Source: an uncultured beta proteobacterium (GTDB lineage: Bacteria > Pseudomonadota > Gammaproteobacteria > Burkholderiales > SHXO01). Taken from it: a DNA stretch of 64,000 nt. The position numbers and the translations under genes are program-made. Positions 59,378 through 64,000 of this stretch are shown here, piece after piece. Under the pieces are notes generated by a model that was not told the origin of the DNA, did not search any database, and saw nothing but the letters and a program-made list of their open reading frames with translations. The stretch is taken from NCBI GenBank assembly GCA_963772865.1, contig CAVYZA010000028.1:10610-74609 (forward strand), given 5' to 3'. Numbering within the stretch: the first letter of the stretch is position 1; the number at the start of each line of letters is the position of its first letter.

Positions 59378-59976
59378 GCGTGGCGGAACTGCAGCTGCGA
59401 ACATCCCGACGCTGCACGCGCAGGCAGGCACGCCGGAGAGTCGTCGCTGGGAGACGCGCCTTCGCGAGGACCAATGCTACGCTCGCCCGTATCTCTCCAC
59501 GTGCGACGCCTGCACGGTTTCCCTGGGCGGCGGTTGCGTCGGCCAAGCGGGCTGCATACCTCCCGCGCGCCCGTAGCCGACACATACGACACCGGATTTG
59601 CCGTGCAGTCGGCGGCGACAGAGGCACGTTGGAGTTCCAGACGGTGACGCTGTCGCGCCCGTAGCGCGGCACGCTGTTGTTGTCGGCGGCGAAGTCCGGC
59701 CGCGGATGCGGTCGAGCCCGACGGTTGCCATGACCAAGGCGGTGTGTAGAAGCGACTCTTCATGATGTCCCCTTGAAAAGCGCGTGGCGCGTCGGCGGGG
59801 CGGGAGAGTGTCGCGGCCCTGGCAGGGCAGCAGAGCTGGGTGGGCGACGGTAGCTATGGATCGGCGGGCCGGAGCAACGGACACCACGCTCCAGGAAGCC
59901 GCACGCCGCCCGTCGACGCGGCGGACGGGGCGAGCCCGTTCCGCCGCGTGTGGTTTCCGAGTCAGGCTGTAGCGGT

Positions 59977-60307
59977 TACTTCTTGGTCGCTGCTTGCTGA
60001 GTCGGCGCCTGCGTCTGGGGCGTCGCCATGTTGGTCCGTTCCAGCACCGCCTGATCGCGCGCGATACCGACCGGCTTGGGCGGCTCTGCAGTCGCGCGGC
60101 ATGTTGGTCCGGTCCGCTGACCGCTTGGTCGTGAGTCACCGTCAGCTGACCTGGATCAGTCCCTTCGCGCGACGGCATATTGGTGCGTGCCGCCACGTCC
60201 TTGTCATAGCCGACTTTGACTTGCCCCAAGTCTTCCGCCAGGAGCCCGGCGGAAGCAACGCCAAGTGCTGCTGCAGTGACTGCTGCCAAGGTGAGCTTGA
60301 GCTTCAT
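59977..60307 (-). CDS. Small secreted protein with three tandem ~26-aa repeats (D-K/Q-x-V..RTNM-P/A); 2 frameshifts
   Basis: Track ORF 59477..60364 from M20 (MKLKLTLAAVTAAALGVASAGLLAEDLGQVKVGYDKDVAARTNMPSREG...). Manual reading of the other two frames gives DRTNMPRD and then AEPPKPVGIARDQAVLERTNMATPQTQAPTQQAATKK-TAA (59977-59979). Confidence 0.45.
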
Positions 60308-60812
60308 ACAAACCTCCGTTTGCCGATTTGCGGGCACGGATGCCCCCATGCGGCCGGCCCCCATAGGCCATCCGCTCCGATCGGTCGCGAGGAGTAGTAA
60401 TCGCTTCCCTCTCCATCCTTGACGCTTGCTCCGTTGTTCGTATTCGTAGCCAGGTGGGTGATTCTATGCACGGGTGCAGCTTTACCGCGCGACCCGCTTG
60501 CGGCGCACTGCCGATCCCTCTCGACGCAGCAGCCTCGATTGCCTGCGGCGCCGTGCGAGTGGTCAGTTGCTATCCATCAAGCACCCCCCAGGCACCTTTG
60601 CCGCAAGCGCTAAATGCGCACGGTCGCCGGCACCCACGTAGGACCATACACCTGAGCCACTTACATATGACTTACAGATTGGGATGTAAGGCTTACAAAC
60701 CGAGGGGTCACGACGTCAACAGGCGACGTCCTCGTTCTCGCCTGCCTCGCGCCACCCATTCGATGTCCGAAAACGGCGAGACACGCCCTGGGTGCAGCCG
60801 CATAATACCGGC

Positions 60813-62266
60813 ATGCTCCTCGACCCGGAAAGCTGCTACCGCGCATTTGCGACCCACGACGCGCGCTTCGACGGACGCATGTTCGTCGGTGTCGCGTCTA
60901 CCGGCGTCTACTGCCGGCCAGTGTGTCCAGCCCGGCGCCCGCGCCGGGAGAACTGCCGCTTCTACGTGAGCGCGGCGGCGGCGGAACGCGAAGGCTTTCG
61001 ACCGTGCCTGCGCTGCCGGCCAGAGCTCGCCCCCGGCAACGCCAGCGTCGACGCGCAAGCGCGGCTCGCGCAAGCGGCAGCCAGCCTCATCGAAGACGGG
61101 CTGGCGAGCGACGCCGGACTCGAGGCGATCGCGGCGCGCCTACGCGTGACCGACCGGCACCTGCGGCGGGTGTTCCAGGCTGAGTTCGGCGTCACGCCGG
61201 TCGAGTACTCGCAGACACATCGCCTGTTGCTGGCCAAGCGTCTCCTGACCGATTCGGCGCTTCCCGTCACGCAAGTGGCCTTCGCAGCCGGCTTCGGCAG
61301 CCTGCGGCGCTTCAATGCATTGTTCAACGCGCGTTACCGGGTCAGTCCGACGGGTCTGCGCAGGCACGTGAAAACCGGCACGACTCAAGACACGCTGCGC
61401 TTCGAGCTGGCCTATCGCCCGCCGCTCGATTGGGTCGCGCTGCTCGCTTTTCTTGCGGGGCGAGCCATCGCCGGGGTGGAATCAGTCGGCGCAACAACGT
61501 ATCGCCGCACGGTATCGATCGAGCATCGCGGCGCCGCGCATAGGGGCTGGATCGAAGTGCGGCAGGCACCTCGCCAGAAGGCAGCCTTGGCGGTTGCGCT
61601 GGCGCCTTCGTTGAGCGCAGTCATCCCGCAGGTGCTGGCGCGAGTGAAGCACCTGTTCGACCTGGCATGCGACCCGCTGGCCGTCGCCGAGCGGCTCGGT
61701 CCGCTCGCTGCGGCCCGGCCGGGCCTGCGCGTGCCGGGGGCGTTCAGTGGATTCGAGATCGCAGTGCGCGCCGTGCTCGGACAGCAGGTCACGGTGAAGG
61801 CGGCACGTACCCTGGCGGGGCGCTTCGCTGCCCGCTTCGGCACGCCGCTCACCACACCGTTCGCCGAGCTGCAACACGACGTTTCCCGACGAGCGCCGGA
61901 TCGCGTCGGCCGAAGCCTCGCAGATCGGTGAGCTCGGCATTCTGCGCGCCCGCACGCGCGCGATCCAGGCACTGGCGCAAGCGCTCGCCGCCGGCTCGAC
62001 TCAAGCTCGAGCCGATGGTCGCCGTGGAAGAGACAATCAGCGGACTGCGGGCGCTGCCGGGATTCGGCGAATGGACCGCGCAGTACATCGCCATGCGCGC
62101 ACTGGCGTGGCCCGATGCGTTTCCGAGCGCGGACTTCGGCGTGCTGAAGGCGCTCGACGAAACCGATCCGCGCCGGGCGCTGGCCCGCGCCGAAACCTGG
62201 CGGCCATGGCGCGCCTATGCCGTCATGCATCTATGGAGCCATTTGACGGAGAAAAAGCAGCCATGA
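60813..62266 (+). CDS. alkA: Ada-like Zn-finger/AraC regulatory domain fused to AlkA-type DNA-3-methyladenine glycosylase II; 2 frameshifts (~61880, ~62000)
   Basis: Track ORF 60792..61931 from M8. The Ada Zn-binding region reads CYRAFATHDARFDGRMFVGVASTGVYCRPVCPARRPRRENCRFY...GFRPCLRCRP and the AraC HTH reads VTDRHLRRVFQAEFGVTPVEYSQTHRLLLAKRLL. A manual frame gives FPDERRIASAEASQIGELGILRARTRAIQALAQALAAG. Track ORF 61667..62266 gives LRALPGFGEWTAQYIAMRALAWPDAFPSADFGV. Confidence 0.85.
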
Positions 62267-62853
62267 CTTACCACGCCACAAGTTACTACACGGAGGCAGG
62301 AAGCCCCCTGGGCGCCATGCTGATGACGGCCAGCACGACGGCGCTGACCGGTTTGTACTTCCAGGGCCAGCGCTATGCGCCGGAGCCCGTCCCCCAGTGG
62401 GTACTGCGCGACGATCTTCCCGTGTTCGTGCAGACGCGGGCCTGGCTCGCGGCGTATTTCTCCGGACAGCTGCCCGGCATCGACGTGCCGCTGGCACCGA
62501 ACGGCACGCCTTTTCAGCAAGCGGTGTGGCGGCAGATCGCCGGCATCCCGAGCGGAGCGACGATCACCTATGCTGAGCTGGCACGGCGTTCCGGCAACTC
62601 GGCCGCCGTGCGGGCGGCGGGCGCTGCGACCGGGCGCAACCCGATTTCACTGCTCGTCCCCTGCCATCGGGTGGTGGGCAGCAACGGCTCGCTGACCGGC
62701 TACGCCGGTGGTCTGGAGCGCAAGCGCAAGCTGCTCGCGTTGGAAGCGGTTCACGGCGGTCTGTTCGGACCAGGCCGTGCCGATTCATCGGCCGATCCGC
62801 CGGCCGGCGTCGGCCAGCGTTGCCCAGGGGCGATGCTCGGCTGGATCAGGTGA
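62263..62853 (+). CDS. ogt: Methylated-DNA--protein-cysteine methyltransferase
   Basis: Track ORF 62071..62853 from M65. Motifs are TPFQQAVWRQIAGIPSGATITYAELA and the active site LLVPCHRVVGSNGSLTGYAGGLERKRKLL. The ATG overlaps the alkA-like stop (ATGA). Confidence 0.9.
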   Translation: MTYHATSYYTEAGSPLGAMLMTASTTALTGLYFQGQRYAPEPVPQWVLRDDLPVFVQTRAWLAAYFSGQLPGIDVPLAPNGTPFQQAVWRQIAGIPSGATITYAELARRSGNSAAVRAAGAATGRNPISLLVPCHRVVGSNGSLTGYAGGLERKRKLLALEAVHGGLFGPGRADSSADPPAGVGQRCPGAMLGWIR

Positions 62854-62927
62854 GACGAAGCAAGACCGCTTCCGGGCGGCAAAGTGCGCCGCGCGTGCGG
62901 CGGCGAATGTTGCCGCCGCGCCTCGAT

Positions 62928-63288
62928 CTACGGCGCGGCTAGACAGTACTCGGCAAGGGCCTGCAGGACTTCGGCGTCCTCGCCCGCCGCCGCAACGACT
63001 GTCACTGACACCCCCGGCTCGACGCTCCGCGGTTGCGATCAGCGTCGGAACATCGTTGCGCAAATGCCCTCCTGTGCCGAGGAACAAGGGCACCACGACG
63101 ATCCGGCTGGCTCCCTCGTCCACGAGGGCCGCACATGCTGTCGGCAGGTCTGGTTGCATATGCTCGAGGAAAGCTTGAGACACCGGCCCCGCATGCCGGG
63201 GCTGCACCAGCGCGAACAGGCGGTCGAAGGGTTCGCGCCAGCGTGCATCGCGTGCACCGTGCGCAAAGAGAACAAGGCCAGTAGTCAT
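62928..63288 (-). CDS. cbiX: CbiX-type (sirohydrochlorin chelatase-like) small protein; 1 frameshift near 63010
   Basis: Track ORF 62785..63288 reads TGLVLFAHGARDARWREPF...ASRIVVVPLFLGTGGHLRNDVP. The corrected tail reads ...GEDAEVLQALAEYCLAAP-TAG (62928-62930). Confidence 0.7.
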
Positions 63289-63522
63289 CGAGACAAGATC
63301 GCGGTTGGCGTATGTTACCGAGACATCAACGTCTCGGGTTCGCGCGGGCGGTACGCACTATCTTGAGGCCACGCGGGGCTGTGTGATAGGGTTGCGCCCC
63401 TCTGTCCGCACGGCTGACTCGACGAGATCTTGCACAGCCGCGACCATCTGGCGCTGCGCTTGTCTCCGACGGGAACAGCCGAGCGGTTGGCGCATGTCAC
63501 CCGCCGATACAGGAACAACAAC

Positions 63523-64000
63523 ATGGTAGAGAACGCTGTGAATCTCGCTCGCGCGGCAGGGCTCGCTTTGGCACTCGTCGCTGCTTTGGCGGCGGGTTGC
63601 GCGCAGCAGCGCACGGCGCCAATGACGAGCCGGCCCCCGGTCGCGGCAGCCAATGGCAGCGGCGAGCGCAAGGTCGTGCTGTTCAGAGCTGTACTGGACG
63701 TCGACGGCACGCAGATGGATGAGCCGTGGTCGCTGCATCTCAGCGGCATGAGACTGTTCACGGTCGTCGGCCCGGCAGACGCGAGCCTCGCCTCGCAGGA
63801 CAGCTTCCTTCCAGGCCAGCTGGGCGCGACCGCCGCCGGCGCCGGGTGGGCGTTCGTCGCGCTGCCGGCGGGCGCTTATCAGCTGCAGCTCGAGGGCACG
63901 GCAATCCGGTTCGCGATGGCCGGCTCGCAGTACAACAGCACCGATGGCGTGGCGGTCGGCCGATCGCCTGCGTCGGTATTCGTTCTGCCTGCCGATGGAA
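63523..64000 (+). CDS. Putative lipoprotein, 5' part only (runs off the right edge)
   Basis: Manual translation gives MVENAVNLARAAGLALALVAALAAGCAQQRTAPM... (lipobox L-A-A-G-C). The frame stays open to the window end, so the ORF is not in the track. Confidence 0.5.
   Translation, partial: MVENAVNLARAAGLALALVAALAAGCAQQRTAPMTSRPPVAAANGSGERKVVLFRAVLDVDGTQMDEPWSLHLSGMRLFTVVGPADASLASQDSFLPGQLGATAAGAGWAFVALPAGAYQLQLEGTAIRFAMAGSQYNSTDGVAVGRSPASVFVLPADG

Noticed and set aside
60596-60625. An E. coli-type Ada box upstream of the ada-alkA-like gene (gcaagcgctaaatgcgca)
   Set aside because: The sequence only loosely resembles the AAT-N6-GCAA arrangement I remember. It lies ~190 nt upstream of the start with no adjacent -35/-10 pair. 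The evidence is too weak to call.

Overview
This is a high-GC (about 70% by spot counts) bacterial chromosomal segment, probably proteobacterial, though that is inference only. I recognise about 48 protein-coding genes. I found no rRNA, tRNA, CRISPR array, transposase or integrase.

Layout:
- (i) 1-7200: a DedA/FAD-oxidoreductase fusion, MarR, an AmiC-like binding protein, an acyl-CoA synthetase, a cupin and a 564-aa orphan membrane protein.
- (ii) 7249-22986, minus strand: a tightly packed five-gene, ~15.7 kb operon. It encodes a ~950-aa PhoD-like metallophosphoesterase followed by four very large proteins (~1225, ~1005, ~1470 and ~583 aa) to which I cannot assign a function. This is the best candidate here for an undescribed system.
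- (iii) 23339-32882: an SDR, a second acyl-CoA synthetase, an amidase and a five-component Liv/Urt-type amide ABC importer.
- (iv) 32952-37596: flotillin, a secreted HExxH protein, a Sel1-repeat protein and a dehalogenase-like alpha/beta hydrolase.
- (v) 37865-46504, minus strand: a ureide/N-heterocycle-type catabolic operon. It holds a cysteine hydrolase, DUF2877, FdrA, DUF1116, a stand-alone allophanate-hydrolase-C-terminal-like domain, two carbamate kinases and an NCS2 permease.
- (vi) 46632-64000: a mixed set. It includes an aminotransferase, PanE, an enolase-superfamily enzyme, a TAT/Fe-S aldo-keto reductase, a low-GC SGNH hydrolase and an FAD-linked oxidase. It also includes an NMT1-type binding protein, a PTP-like phosphatase, a small-protein/metzincin pair, Ada-AlkA plus Ogt, and CbiX.

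Roughly 27 of the 48 genes are interrupted by apparent single-base frameshifts, and these are unevenly distributed. For those genes I give the frame-corrected span and cite the ORF-track fragments used. Two intergenic repeat families and one orphan promoter / small-ORF / terminator unit are also present. All homology statements come from motif recognition by eye; no searches were run.
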